This document shows positions 49,771-63,699 of a DNA stretch of 64,000 nucleotides, one piece after another. The position numbers and the translations under genes were made by a program. The notes beneath the pieces were generated by a model. The model was not told where the DNA came from and made no database searches. It was given only the letters and a program-made list of their open reading frames with translations. The stretch's first letter is position 1; the number at the start of each line of letters is the position of its first letter. The stretch comes from Tubiluchus corallicola (lineage: Eukaryota; Animalia; Priapulida): NCBI GenBank assembly GCA_030141605.1, contig JAQGDQ010002366.1:690660-754659 (forward strand), given 5' to 3'.

Positions 49771-50324
49771 TTGAAAGTAAAGGGACAAATTGATTCTGAA
49801 GTCTAGAAGAACAAGATACAGCACTATCCCAAAATTTAGAGATGAAAAACTTACTCTTTATTTTTAAAACATACATTTTTTTAAATTACGCCAGTACCAA
49901 GCGTTGAATCACGGAAATAAACTTTAAAATAGGAAAAGAGGCATGCCCATTGTTCTACAGTTTCAAAAATAACTAATTTCTTTATAATAAATGCTGATTG
50001 CTTATACATACGATAAAAACTGACGTTTGACAGTCCAAAGCGACATGTCGGCAAATTGCATTTACTGCACGTCTACGTAAGTTCTTAACCACGCATAGCC
50101 TAATTCGAAACCCTAACCAGTTTTTATAAATTTATGCACTTGTACCTTTTAGTTATCGTATTTGTATAACAATAGTATTAATGCTATTGTTATACACAAC
50201 ACACAGGTAACGAGAAACTTACAAATTGTTTTAATTAGTTCCTGAAATTATAGTCTGTGATTCAATATTTTATTCAAATATAATAATAATAAGAAGAAGA
50301 AGAAAAAGAAATTTACAAACTTAC

Positions 50325-50661
50325 CTGTGTCTGTAAAGACGTGCAACTTCTTTTCATATTTTCCAGACAATTCTTTTTCCGCCTGTTCCATCAATTCTCT
50401 TTCTTCATAAAGTTTTTGTTCTTCTTCTACTTTTCGCTGGTAAAATTCTCTCAGTTTTGCATACTCTTCCGGGTCCATTTCGACTGGTTCTGGTTCTTTT
50501 TCATAACCTAAATTTTTTAGAATTTGTTTTTTAATCGCATCAACTCTAACATCGTCCGCAGCCAGGTACTCTATCTCGTCTGCGAAGGCAAACGAATAAA
50601 AATGACTAATTACAAGAATCCGCAAGAAAAAACCAATTGCAAGTATCCGTAATGCGCTCAT
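50325..50661 (-). CDS. mav: Maverick-like TGF-beta ligand exon 1 (signal peptide + prodomain N-part)
   Basis: Hydrophobic leader MSALRILAIGFFLRILVISHFYSFAFA, then RVDAIKKQILKNLG (TGF-beta prodomain alpha1 helix, cf. RIEAIRGQILSKL). Donor GTAAGT is phase 1 and matches exon 2. Total 417 aa. Confidence 0.9.
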
Positions 50662-50804
50662 GTCTTGTCTAAAAAGGCAAAAAATCACGTATCGTTTTTT
50701 TCTTGAAACACAAGTATACAGAAATACCGCAACATGTTCTTTTTCTGGTGTTCAGAATCAGACTTTAGCTGTCCACGCTTCGGTTTAACCGGCTTTTAAT
50801 GCTC

Positions 50805-51280
50805 GCACACGCATGCGTACTAACTTCCTGGCCTAAACGCTTATTATGGTACTCTGGAGGCGTACACCTTGGCAATGCCTGCTATTGGCTAAATCATTGT
50901 CAATGCTGAAAGTTTACAGAGACGTATTTAAAAAGGCGCGCGTGTGTGATAGCGTAGAATAATAAAACATCTTGTTGCAGTGGTCAGGAGTAATTCGGTG
51001 ATATCGGTCTTAAATTTCCGCATGACGTCATGATTACGCAATTCCCACGATCACATTAGCTCAAATAAAGTACTTTATTCGGCAGCGGGCACGCCTCAGT
51101 GACCAAGCGCATTTGCAGAATTCCACAAGTGCCGGTTTTATTAAAAGCAGCATTTGTTTGCGATTTACGACATGAAGTAAGCACATGTATTTATTTAAAT
51201 CAACCTCAAATACTTCATCCATTCATTACTAGTGAGCTCTCTATTGGCTTCCTGGGTTTAAAAGAACATGACGTCATTGA
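50805..51280 (-). promoter_or_regulatory. Putative mav promoter: CpG-rich, 2 CRE, C/EBP-like, 2 CCAAT, ETS-like sites
   Basis: TGACGTCA at 51023 and 51269; ATTACGCAAT at 51033; ATTGG at 50884 and 51243; ACTTCCTGG at 50823; CGCATGCG at 50810. Confidence 0.55.
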
Positions 51281-52731
51281 AGCACGCAGTGACGGGGCTC
51301 GTAATTAAAGTTTAAATGCATTTATGCGTCCCGTAATGTAAAGCCACGAAAGAATGCTAACAATCACTGAACTGGATGGAGCGCGCAGCTCCAAAAAAGG
51401 GATCTGCAATTAAAAGTCCTTCCATACAAATTTGCCCAACCAGTTAGGGGTAACAAAGAAACAGACAAAATTAACAACTTCTTTCAAAATGTTCACTGCT
51501 TCTAGATGCTGAAACAACTTGAGTTAATTCAATTTATTCTTAGCGTTGTTTTTCAGGCCGTGTATAGTGTATTGATGTTTGTGCTTTGCTTGGCATGCCT
51601 TCACAGCGCTCTCTATATATAAAACCATAAATTCCTACTTGCTTGGTTAGGTATACTTTGTAGTATGTTGTATACACAAATGTTTCTATCAATAGACCTC
51701 CTGAGCTTAATATAGCTGAGCAAAGTTTTAAAGAAGCATTTTTGAGTGAACTCGGTGTTTATAAGATGATCAATAATAACCGCGTAAAGACGTTTGGAAT
51801 GCGAAGCACATGCGCACTGAAATCGATCACTACTTTTCCATCTTGGCAACTTGCCAAATTAAGACCAGCTCTTTTCATGAATGGACAACTTTCTAATCAA
51901 TTTCCATATACAAACCCATTGTATTTAGTATATATATAAAAATGTTAGAAAGAGCATTTTACGGAAATTTTAAAAGGCTTTTACGTTCACCTAAGCAATG
52001 GCATTGATCAGACCTGCAGAATTGTAAGCCTGCAGGTGTGCAGGATGAGAACCTGAAATGTCGCAGTTCTCGTTGTCAAAAAAATCAGAAATTGTGAAAA
52101 CGGCTTTATAAAAAAGTATCTAGATATCTGAAAACATCTTTCTGTAATGTAAATATAATAATAGCATTGTGCGGGAACACTACATACATTAGATGCGTAA
52201 TTTCACAATTTCTCGACGACTGTTGATCTTGGCTCGAATTCGACCCTTCATGGGGGCATTCCTATACTCCCACACAGATTCAACGTGCGGGCATTATATA
52301 CATTCCAACTTTAGTTAATTTTAGAACATTGTTTATTTTCTTCCGGTCTTTTATGGCCAATCTGTGGACGCGTATTGCATTCTTTACTCGCCTACTTTTC
52401 ATGAATGGGGGCTCAACTACATCACTGACGTAGCATGCGTAGTTTGAGGGATTTAACATGCCAAAAGAAACCTATAAAACAAACTTTCCCATTTTACCAG
52501 CTAACTTAAAGCACAAGTTCTCTTTTGGGCGAGGGCAATAGCCGAGTTTCACAGTTTGTGCTTCGCAGTTGCATTTAAGCAGCGTCGAAGCCTATCGGCG
52601 AATGTACGGATGACCGTGGGATTTAATATCCATTCTTGCAGTTTCATTGAGTATACACTGATTCTGGCTACCTATTTCATCGAGGAGGTGTATTCACATT
52701 GAACATGGTCAACACACTTCTACTGCTCCGA

Positions 52732-52935
<204 letters not shown>

Positions 52936-53220
52936 CTTTTTACTTCAGATGCCCCATATACAAATATTTACATAACTACAGACAAAAATAACATAATAAA
53001 AATAATTATAAATTCACTAAAATTGCCCTAAAAACTTACATAAATTGAAAATTTGATGATAAAAGTTCTTTCCATAATTTGAACATATTCGATTTATATA
53101 GTACATCAGAATTCACAATATTAACAACATATGTGTCATTTGAGGACCGCAGTCTATTCTAACGCTATAAATTATGTAGATATTCTACGCTCCTGCCAGA
53201 TGCGCTACAATCATGTCTTA
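52936..53220 (-). mobile_element. RTEX-like LINE 3' terminal fragment
   Basis: Minus strand reads RLRSSNDTYVVNIVNSDVLYKSNMFKLWKEL, then a UTR and a (TAA)n tail. Confidence 0.6.
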
Positions 53221-53469
53221 ATTTCAAAAGTTTTCGTTTTCCATTATTATGATCTTTAGAGGATTAGTTTGATAATTAGCAAATTTCTGGCCGCAATGTC
53301 GCCACTGAATACTGAATAACAATTTGCAGTGTGTCAAAATGTATGTACACGTAAATAAAAACCAAACATGTACCAAAGTAACACAGACAGGAGTCTTAGG
53401 ACGTGTTTTCAAAGATCTTCGTTTTCACACTTTTTACACTGGCATTTAGCAAGTCAATTTATATTTCAA

Positions 53470-53665
53470 GTTGTGTTGTTGTTATTTATGCCATTGTTAC
53501 TGTCACTGTTTGATGCAGCTATTGCTGCTATTAGCGCCACCGCCACTAGAGAGCAACTGTTGCTCCGGTTGTTGCCGCCGCTGCTCTGCTACTGCTACAG
53601 CTCCTGATTCTGCTCCTGACATTGCTGTTGCCGCTGCTACTTTTTCTGATGCTACTGCCGTTATT
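53470..53665. repeat. Degenerate (GCT/GTT)n tract
   Basis: 3-bp periodicity. Explains the Cys/Ala/Leu-rich ORFs. Confidence 0.8.
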
Positions 53666-56544
53666 TGTGCATTAGCCAAAATTGCAATAACTGAGGTAAC
53701 TAGGACAGTCTACTTAAACTGCTTTTGCAGCTATTACGTCAAGGTTATTTTTAAGGTTTTTCGAAAAATTTGAAGTAATTTTGTGCTGTACTGTCAATTT
53801 TGACCAAATTGTGCATTTGCACGGGGTGCTAATTGAAGAAAAGTGTATGAACTTCTGTGTCGCCTACACTACATCACTCTGCGCCACAACATCCACAAAC
53901 AAACACAGGAATAAAAGACCTTCCTGTGTGAAAGATTTGACTAAAACACAGCACATTGAGAGATATGATGTCCCGGGGTCATGTGGCGAGGACAAAGGTC
54001 GCAGAAAATAATGAAGCGCAAATGCAACGACAATCATAAGACACGTATATAAACTTACAAAATGTTACAGATCGCTTCAGTCCTGACTCATTAACTCAGC
54101 AACAGAACCTGAGTAAGTACTATATGAGTCGAAGTCGATAGTTGCACCTGTGAAACTTTGCAAAATTCACAGGGTTTAAGAACTTTGTGACTTTGCAAGA
54201 CGGCGAAAATCTTTGGCTTGTGTAGTCTATCTAATCCGCCCAAATCAACTACGTAGGATTGGATTTCAACACATGAAATTCAGGGTTTATCATGTAATAT
54301 AATTATGGCAGTAATGTTTTGAATTCAGCATTATAAATGTAGAATAGTTTTCATTATTGAATATAGAAAAATTTTATGCCGTGTTCTTCATATTCCAAGG
54401 AATTCTCGTTGTAGTATGAGAACATGTATTGCTAATACGCATCTTCTTACAAAGATAATTGTTAAACATACTCTGAATTTCTCGAAATTTATTGATAACT
54501 TTAATAATGTGTACTGTCAACCTTAAATACTCACATTAGCTTAACAACATTGGAAAAGAATAACATTTTTGTACATTATTAAGATGATAATTATGGTTTT
54601 AATACGGATAGCAACTGAACTTTATTGGACGTTGAACAGCGAGATATTAATACCTCAACTTACGTACGATGAAACTGAAACTAACTCTTTGGATCAATTA
54701 ATTAATTAATTAATTAATTAATTAATTTAGTTACTTATGTTGCTACCATTATACAGACTTGTCAATGTATTGCATTATGATATGCGGATAAAGATGACAT
54801 CTATATTAAATCAGTTGTCCAATATCTCAATATCTTTTCAAGAAAATGGTTATAATGAGAACTTAGTTACAAACCCTTGTTAGTAATCAAAAGCACGAAC
54901 TAAAGCGCCTATAGTAGTGGTTTGAACCCGTGTATGTATGTTTATCTTATGCTCTAAGTTTGTCAAACAAAATTGCAAACTAGATGAGATCTGAACGATT
55001 TACTGATATTAGTTGGACATTTAGATTTTAAAAATTTAAATATTTAAATATTGATATTAGCTACGCGTTTTTAAAGGAATCACGATTATTTGGATTGGTT
55101 ACTATTTTTCGTAATCAGCCGGGAATTACAAAAATTCGGTGCGTTTGGGAAAATACACGGAAGTTGACGAAACACGTAATCTTCACAACTTGCGACTCAT
55201 TTGTAAATGGATATTACATGGATATTTCCCATGCCGTGCATACAGCTTACGTAGTTTATTGATGTTTACTTTGGAAACTAGTGCAAAGCAATGCTTTCAG
55301 TTAGTTAGTTATATATATATCTATATATATATATAGAGATAGATAAATAATGATATATGTACAATAACGCTAAAAATACCTGATCACGTCCTTTTTTATT
55401 TCAAAATCACCCAACGTTTGCTTTATTTCATGTATTATTCCTTGTTCACTTTCAATGTTTCTTCCTTAACTGGATTACTTGACAAGATATATTCTTTTGA
55501 GAATTGGTTTTCTTTTAATTCGGCAAACTATACAACAAATGGGTTTTCCTCTTTAACTTTTTCTGATTATTTACCAATTTCTCGATTTCTCTATTTCTTT
55601 TTTCTTTATTGTTTGCATTAATTTTTTTGCTTAAGTTTCTCTTTATTTACTTCTGTCCCATCGTCTTAATCTTCTCCTTTTCCGATCTGTCTCTTTTTAA
55701 GCATTTTTGTCACTTTTTCTTGTTCGATTCTTAAAACCATGCAATCATTCTTTACGTTTATATTTTTGAAGTTATAAATTTGGTTACATTTTCGAATTAA
55801 ACAGAATTCAAAAACTTTAGTTTATTTCTTCCATTTACCATTTGGCTTAGAATTACAGAGTCTAGCCTTAGCAATGTTTACTTTCTGTACTAATGAACCT
55901 TAGTACAAAACAAAACACGTACCGTAGTTATCATTACCCTGGAATAAAGATTGTACCTGTGCACTAGAAATTAATTAATGTTATCTGTGGTATGCAATAT
56001 CACCTGACCTGCGGCGAGCTTAACTGTCTTACAGACGGACAATTTACTTATAAATAAATAAAATGTTCGAAAGTCATGATTATAGTTATAGATTACGTGG
56101 TTGTTTAGTGTTTATTAGCTATGTCTAGCACCAGTCACGTATAATGCATGCGTTTATACTCAGACTTAAGCGTGGTTACCCAAACTGGCTATGACTGTGT
56201 ACAGCGCCATGCACGTGTAAGACATGCATTAAGGCCAAAAATGACTGACGCAGCCACAAGAATAAACCTCCATAAGGATATTTTGTCCAAAAAATATGAT
56301 TTCGCGCAATTTTTAATAATTGCGATATTGGTTGTGCAATAATACATTTGTTAAATTTATGAACAAAAGTGTCATTGTGTCATAATTCAACGTTATGTAC
56401 CAAAAATACTAGTCAGAAACCAGCCTGTAGGAAGGTTCCTCCAGCTAGATAACAAACCACAAAATTTGTCATTATGTGTAATAAATTTCACATAATTATG
56501 TAACAATCATTATGTAAAAAAAGTTAAGCATTATACATAACAGG

Positions 56545-57300
56545 CTAAGGAAGTGTTGGTGGAGTGGCTTGAGCATTGGTTATGTCACTATCTGGGTATA
56601 GTGTAATTACTGGACTGGATCAGTTTCTCTATGGATGCGGTCGATCTCAGATCTGTTTGATCGAGGCTAGGGCCTGTTCTGACTGGAGACTGGTAAACGC
56701 GCCATTCCGTATGGAACTATAGGATTCCAGCTGCACACGCTCTGATAAATCAAAGCTCTTTCGTCACCAAGCCCGGAGTTTAACTAGTGCTGGGACCAAA
56801 TGAAAAGGGACGTTTTTGGATCTGTCGTGATTCCTAATTTTTCGTCTTCTTGTTGGAGCAGCTTCTTGTACACATTTATCTTTGAAAGCACTCACAACCA
56901 GCCAACAGGCTCCATCAAAGAGAGTTGAAATTTTGCACAGGTTAATGCGCAGGCCAGATGGGAGCCCCAAATCTCCCATCAAACCTGTTTCCGATTACAA
57001 TCGAAAATACACTCTATAGAAGCGTCACAGCCCCACGATGCACTTGTAAAAAACCCTGTACAGAACCTAACAAGTGAGGCTGTGACTCAGACAGGACCCA
57101 ACCCATACAAAGACATATTCGGTTAGGCGTCGCTCTCAGACCAAACACTGCCTTACCTTGAACAGAATGGTAAATAAGACATTGAAACAGACCAGAAGCC
57201 AAACAGACCAGGCTTCAGGCCTTTAGAACGAAAGAAATTAATCCAGTTCCATTAGAGCAACCCTGGACGTGACAAGACCCTACCACAGACCGCGACGAAC
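56545..57300 (-). mobile_element. Highly decayed LINE RT remnant (L2/Rex-like)
   Basis: GC-richer block. Ordered minus-strand fragments SGLRINLCK, FHLV..LVKLRA, LIYQSVC and LESYSSI.NGAFT..QSEQ resemble post-YADD LINE motifs. Confidence 0.45.
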
Positions 57301-58989
57301 CCTATATTAGCATGTTGCATAATGCATTAATTTTGTTACTAATTCAATAAACTTTCTTAGGAGCGCTTTATCAACACCTCTCTTGTTAGGGGTCTGCAAA
57401 GAAAAAGCAAGGTAACTTTTTCTTTAAGACTGAAAAGCGAAGCATGGCAAACTTTGTACAAACGAAATTAGAAATGAAAATTGCCCAAAAAAATCCCAAA
57501 GCGTGTGAGCCAAAAGAGCGTTTTTTAGAGAAAAAACAGAATTGAATAAGTCGAAAACGGAATGATTCCGAAGTCTAAGCAAACATAATTTTCTTTTATA
57601 CTGGTCATCATCATACGCCCATTACGTCAATTGTCACAATTCTAAGATAAAATAAAACAGCCCTCAAGACAGGTAAATACAGCAGTAAACCAGTAAAAGA
57701 AAACAGACACTACTATGCCAGTGGCTTGTCAGCACCACTTTCGAATTTTACACTGAAAAAATAATATAATTATGTACTTTAGTATAGAGTACAGTAGTAA
57801 AGCCATGTGTAATTACTTACGTGAATACACTGACATAACAGAATGTCTTCAGGGGTGACTAACTTTCTTCGTATGACAACTAACCAGGCCTTTGAATATG
57901 ATAAAGCTTGTTTTCTTAGCTTACAGGTATAAAAGTTAATTTTTTATTAAAACGCTCATATATACAATAAAACAATATGCGTAAAACAATAAAATATGTA
58001 CAATAATAAATAAGACAGGTTAAAATCGATGCATGAGAAACACAAAGAGTAAAATCACTATTTGCATATGTTTGCAGAAATACAAATGTGTTGAAAAGTT
58101 AGTTTTCATTAATCTTTGACAAAATAATTTACTGGAGGCGGCATTTACCAGTGGAGACACAGTTAAATAGTCTTCAAATGTCTACAAGTCCACTTTGAAA
58201 AATAGACACCCTGTCGCTAATTATTTCCTTAAGCGCTCTGACTATTTGTTAGATTAAAATAATAAGATGTAAAATGTCGTAATTAAGAAAAGGAGTTAAA
58301 ACCTTATTTCTAGTCTAAAATGTCAAAATCTTTTGTACTAATCATGTTGTAAAATTGTATTAATCGTTTGTGCTTTTAAGGTTTTTCAATCATCATGTAA
58401 TCGTATCGTAAATAAGTATTTGGTCATGTTATCTTAATTCTGCGTTTGTGTTGTATTCATACCGGTGCAAACAAGATTTAACTAGTACCCAAAAATAGTA
58501 ATCACAGTTTTCAGGTTTCAGTAGCTGAGAATAGATTTTCTCAGACTTCCTTTAGATTAATAAGGAAAAACGTTCGAACTAATGGGCTAAGAACTATTTA
58601 AAAAATCATACACTATTGAACTCCAACAAAATTTCCGAATGGACAGAAAGGAATAAAATTAATTTATTTTATTCTTGAATATAAAAAACACGATACGTGT
58701 ATGTTCTTTATATACTAGCTTGCAATTTTGAAACTTTATGACAAAAGAAAGAAATATGTTTTTTACACTACAATTATTATTAAAATATGGCCTCAAAATA
58801 ACAGTAACAGACATGTTCCAGTGATGACGTACTCTCGGTTTAGAGCAAAATATTGAGGGGATTACCCAGACACCTCATGAGAAGTCAATATTTGACAAGC
58901 TTGACATAAACTACATTAGCAAGTACTGGAAGTGGTGCACAGCACAGGAAACCGGAAGTGACCCATATTAAGGGAAATTTGCTTTGCGT

Positions 58990-59193
58990 ACACGATAGCA
59001 GGAAGAACTTTTTAACCCATCCTTTAAATCATTAATTTGTAATGTTATTAATCTACGATGAATCTTCTTCAATCTTGTGAAAATGTTTTTAAAAATCGCC
59101 GTTTTCTTTTATTTAAGTTTGGCTGGTATTCAGTTAAGCAAGTAGCTGTCGCCTTGATGTAATTTTGGTGATGAGAAGCTGGTCCAGCCTTTT
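58990..59193 (+). mobile_element. Second copy of the Penelope-like element 3' end
   Basis: 59060-59193 aligns with the reverse complement of 1638-1770 (TCTTCTTCAATCTTRTGAAAATGTTTTTAAAA..CGCCGTTTTCTTTTAT.TAAGTTTGG). Confidence 0.85.
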
Positions 59194-59760
59194 ATATATA
59201 TATATACTAATCTTTATTATTTTGCCAATAAAAACGGATGTTCATAAGCATACAAGCATTGAACACCGCAGCATGAGAATAAAATTCACACAACTGTTAA
59301 AGGCAAATGCGTCCAGCACAAACTAAAAACTACTGAGCACAGAAATTTAAAACTGAAATATATATTACAATATTACACGCAAATTATAATATAGACTATA
59401 TACATATAATTTAAAGTGTACGTGTGTAAATAAAATTTGCGGATGAATATATATATATATATATATATATATTAGCATTAGCATATGTAGGGTTTTCAAA
59501 CGATTTAATGTATGCATTTTTAATTTTGATTTGAATTCGTCAAAAGACTTGATTTGTTTTAAATTTGATGTCAGGGCATTCCAGAGTTGAACTCCTTGTT
59601 TGGTGATGTAAATGTTGCCGTATTTGTTATTAATGCGTGTTTCTTTAATATTGTGTTCTTGGATTTAATGTTAGCTCCGGGAGGAGTGGAAGCTTATTTT
59701 TGATATTGTTTTGAAGCCTCCTCTGGTGATTATAATTTTGCCAGTTCGAGTAATATTAAA
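59193..59760 (-). mobile_element. CR1-type LINE 3' fragment with (TA)n tail, abutting the PLE fragment
   Basis: Minus strand reads ITKQGVQLWNALTSNLKQIKSFDEFKSKLK (CR1/L2 C-terminal motif). TTTATT at 59213 next to (TA)n. Confidence 0.8.
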
Positions 59761-59897
59761 ATTTACTAAAGTAAATTACTTGAAGACATACAGTCATGCG
59801 ATGGTAGAAACACATGAAAGACAGAAAATTTCAAAACAAGGAATACTATTTGGACCTTGGAAAGAATGACCTTTGGACTGTCATAAACCGCGAGGAC

Positions 59898-60030
59898 GCT
59901 GTAGTCTAGAAGTTTATGATGTCTTCCTTGTAAGCAGAAAGTCGTTGATTCAAATCCAGCATGAAACCAACTTTTTCTCATTTCTCCTTTTTGAAGTTTA
60001 ATTTCAAAATTTAGTAACAATTATAGGTTT
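59898..60030 (+). mobile_element. Third copy of the tRNA-like arm seen at 32648-33072
   Basis: GTAGTCTAG..GTCTTCCTTGTAAGCAGAAAGTC..GATTCAAATCCAG..ACTTTTTCTCATTT..TTTTTGAAG..TCAAAATT..AATTATAGGTTT is colinear with 32941-33072. Confidence 0.7.
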
Positions 60031-62299
60031 ACATAACCATTAATAATAGTCTTGACATTAAATAACTAATAGTCAATTATTCAACACTGTGCGCGTAATA
60101 TAAGCTTTGATGAACAGTGAACAAAATTTAATTAGACCTCGTAGAAAAGACCAAAAAGCACCTGCACACCCAGGAAATGTCAAATTATTAACGTCCCAAT
60201 AATGACAGGATCATTGCCGAAACTGTGCTGAGTTTTTTGCTCACGTTTGGCCGCAGGTCATGTAACACAATATCCATATCAGAGGGTGTTTTAGAAACAA
60301 GCCCTAAAGGTGTCACGACAATGTCATGCAGTCATGATGCCTCCCACACTCTGTAGGCGAAGTTCATCCAGGTAACAAATAATGCCGGTCATTTCGATGT
60401 GAAAATCACTGACGCTTGAAATTTGGGCGAGTACTTATCTAGACCTTATTGTGAATTAGTTAAGCTTAGCTTGTTAAACATCATGAGGGTTTAGAAAGCG
60501 GCTAAACCTATAATATCAACAATTTTCTTTTTTTAACAAACAAACAGTGCCTTCTGATGGTTGTGGTTAATTGTGCAATCGAATAGATATCAAAAATTTA
60601 CAAAGTCGTTATCATTATTATCACCGCCATGGTTTTCATCGTTCGATCGCTAAGATTCGTTGTCAACGTCATCATGAAAACCATCATCGTGATCATTTCA
60701 TTGCATTTCTAAGACCAGCGTTAAATTATTGTTCTCCCTGTTATTGCAGTACAGCTAAATGCTGTGTAATTCATCAACAGGAGCCTACCAGCATATTCTC
60801 CGAGGTGTAGGCCTTTTTGAAAGAATAATTATTTTGCGGAAATTCGCTTTACAGATTTCGCCTCCGCCAGGTGTCAGCACTGCACTGCAGCAGACGCGCC
60901 AAGCGTTTTGCAATCACCAAAACTTTCGTTAGTTAATTCATCTTTCAGTTTATCAACCAGCAAGGCATTAGTAGCATATATAAATATATATGCTATAAAT
61001 ACACACGCTGATTTATATTTATTAATTAGTGCCAAAAATAAATACAAAATAAGAAACAAGACATACATTCAATTTCAATTAATTGTGTGGCGACACTACA
61101 AACAAACAAATACAGTATTTATAAAACAAATTATTACAAGATCGTTCTTGTTAGTTGCTGTAGTCACTTAAATTAAAAGTTTAGTGATTAGTGTTTAAAA
61201 TAAATTATGTTGCTCACATGACCTCATTTTCAATCATATGATTGTCACATAGTATTTTTGTTCATTATGTCTTAAAAACGCTTTTCCAGTAATCAATAAA
61301 TGCCTTAATTACTTGTAAATCACTGCTTCCCGTCAAGAATAAACTTTATTTAGGATCGTTCACAAGTAAAAATTTTGGTATAACTGCATTGACTGATTAA
61401 ATAATTTTTCTTTTGAGATCATTGTAATATGGGCATTTTACAAAGTGTAGTTCGTCTTCAGTTTCATTTCTTAAACAGTGTGAATAAATACGATTCTCAG
61501 CAGGGATTTAGACGTATTTCCTCTTATGACTAAGGTTTAACGTATTTTCCTCTTTCAATACACAAACTATATGCGAGCTGATTCTCAGTTTTGTCAATTT
61601 TGTTATAACGTATTTGGAATCACCAGAAATCAAATAATTTTCTAGTTGTTAGTGTCTTTAGAAGGTTCGGTATGTCTGCTGTTTGTTTTGTCTATCAGGT
61701 TTGTATTCGTTATAGATTTCTTCTTTCCAAAATAGGCTATAATCAGCTTTTATTCTTTTCTTCCAATTTATTAAGCAGTCGCTTAGGTGAAAACATTGTC
61801 TAAACATGTTCAAAGCTCCGTACACGTAATAATACTTAACAAAAGTAGTCAATCAAAAATAGTTCTCGGCTAAGCCTCGGTTTTCATTGTAACACTTGCC
61901 ATACATGACTATCGCAAGGTTGGCTAATAATATGTATCCAATAGCGGACTGTATCCTTAGTTATCTTAATAAAAATCGGAAAACGGACCAATACCAAAAC
62001 ATTACTTGTTGTCATTCAGAAGTAGTCTGTATAATTTAGCGCTGGCCGCCTGTATATGCAAACAGTCAAATTTCGTTTGAATGCGCCGATGATTGGTTTT
62101 AATTTTAATAAGGCTAGGCCCCCATACATAAATGCCGTATAACGTGATAGGTTCTACAGCGTATTGTAGTTATATAATAAGTTAATAACAGTAATAAAGG
62201 GGTTTGCGCAGTTTGAAATGTATTTTTTCACACAGTAAAAGCTTTTAATCCTTTACCTTTTAGTATGATACTACTTTACCTGAAAGCGCTAGACATTAA

Positions 62300-62430
62300 G
62301 AAGTTGACCAAAGAATCCATGGGTGAAATTTAGATCTTTTAGAATTCTGGCTGCTTTGGTAAAAACAATAATTTCTGTCTTTTTGGTATTAGCATTCAGA
62401 GCCCAGTCGTAGTTTATTAGGCATGGCAAT
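62300..62430 (-). mobile_element. Short LINE RT fragment
   Basis: WALNANTKKTEIIVFTKAARILKDLNF resembles the W.L.VN..KTKIIVF.K segment after RT motif C. Confidence 0.55.
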
Positions 62431-62449
62431 CCAAGAGCATATAAACTAC

Positions 62450-62585
62450 TCGATCGGTGAGTTGGTCGTTTAGTTAGTTGGCTGATTGGAAAAGTAGTTT
62501 GACTGGTGTGTGGAAGTTTAGTGGAATTACGTGGTGTTGGTAAATTTGTTGGCTGACTAGTAGGCCACATGGCTGCTTGTTTGTT
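62450..62585. repeat. Degenerate (GTTG/GTTA)n tetranucleotide tract
   Basis: 4-bp periodicity. Confidence 0.75.
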
Positions 62586-63699
62586 TAAAAAACTCTTACG
62601 CGCAGAGGGTTCTTTTCAGATAGCTAAAACTCTAAACTTTTGTGTTAACGTTGTTGATAGTTCTTCAACATTTATCAAGAACGCTTTTTGTCTGGTGTCA
62701 TCGCGCTTTCCTTTATAAATCCGATAAGTGGCTTCATTTTTATTCATATGTAAAATTGGACAAAAGGTGTTAGTTTTTAACGTCTTGCCTTATTTTCAAT
62801 AGTTATCATTTATTTTAAGTTGTTTAATGCGATCCTCTAAAATTAAGACTTCAGTATGAACTTTTGACACCGGCAAGACCTGTTTTTGTCAAAATCGGGG
62901 CGCGTACAGAAGGATAGAGGTTCTCAACTACTTTGTTTATACAAACTATACAGTCTATACCGCGAACTCTTTGGTGCGTGCAAGTACATTTACAGACAAC
63001 CTTTGAAAAATCCTCTAAAAACTAGTGTTAACCCCACTGTTAATGAAGTGCCGATAGGAGCCGGGTATCGGAGTCTCATAGTACAATTAAAAGTAGCATT
63101 CAACAGATGCCTTATTGACTTTTGTTATTAATTGTCAAAGTATAGAATAGCGGTCTTCTTTCGCAGATAGCAATAATTTCAGTGGTCTTTTGTATATTGA
63201 GCGGCGTTTTTCACTGATAAACTAGTAATCTGAATCTAGTTACTAGTTAATTTCTGATATAATGATAGGTCTATATTTGGTGCACTAATCCCAAGGTGGG
63301 CGATATCTAACTACTTGCCTAATTGAATCCAAGGGGAGCCAAAAGTTACAATACCTCGTTCTTTTTCTAAAAGAAGGTAGCAAGAACATTAGTAAAATCT
63401 TACTGGTTAACTGACCAATGAATGTAGGTGAAGGTTACGTTATTGGTAATATGATTCTATTGTGAAAAAATATTATTTATATAGTTGGCATTTGACGGGC
63501 TAAGAAAACAATAAAAAAATCACTCACACAGCAGGTAGTGACGAATTTTACGATGAATTTTTCACTATTTTAGATGAGCTAATACACATGTGTGAATCAA
63601 TTCATGATTCGTTGGCAGGAAACTTGAAACAAGAACAAATCTTTGATTTGAAAACCTACTGAATGCAACTAAATGTATTTCAATTTTTGTCGAATCCTT

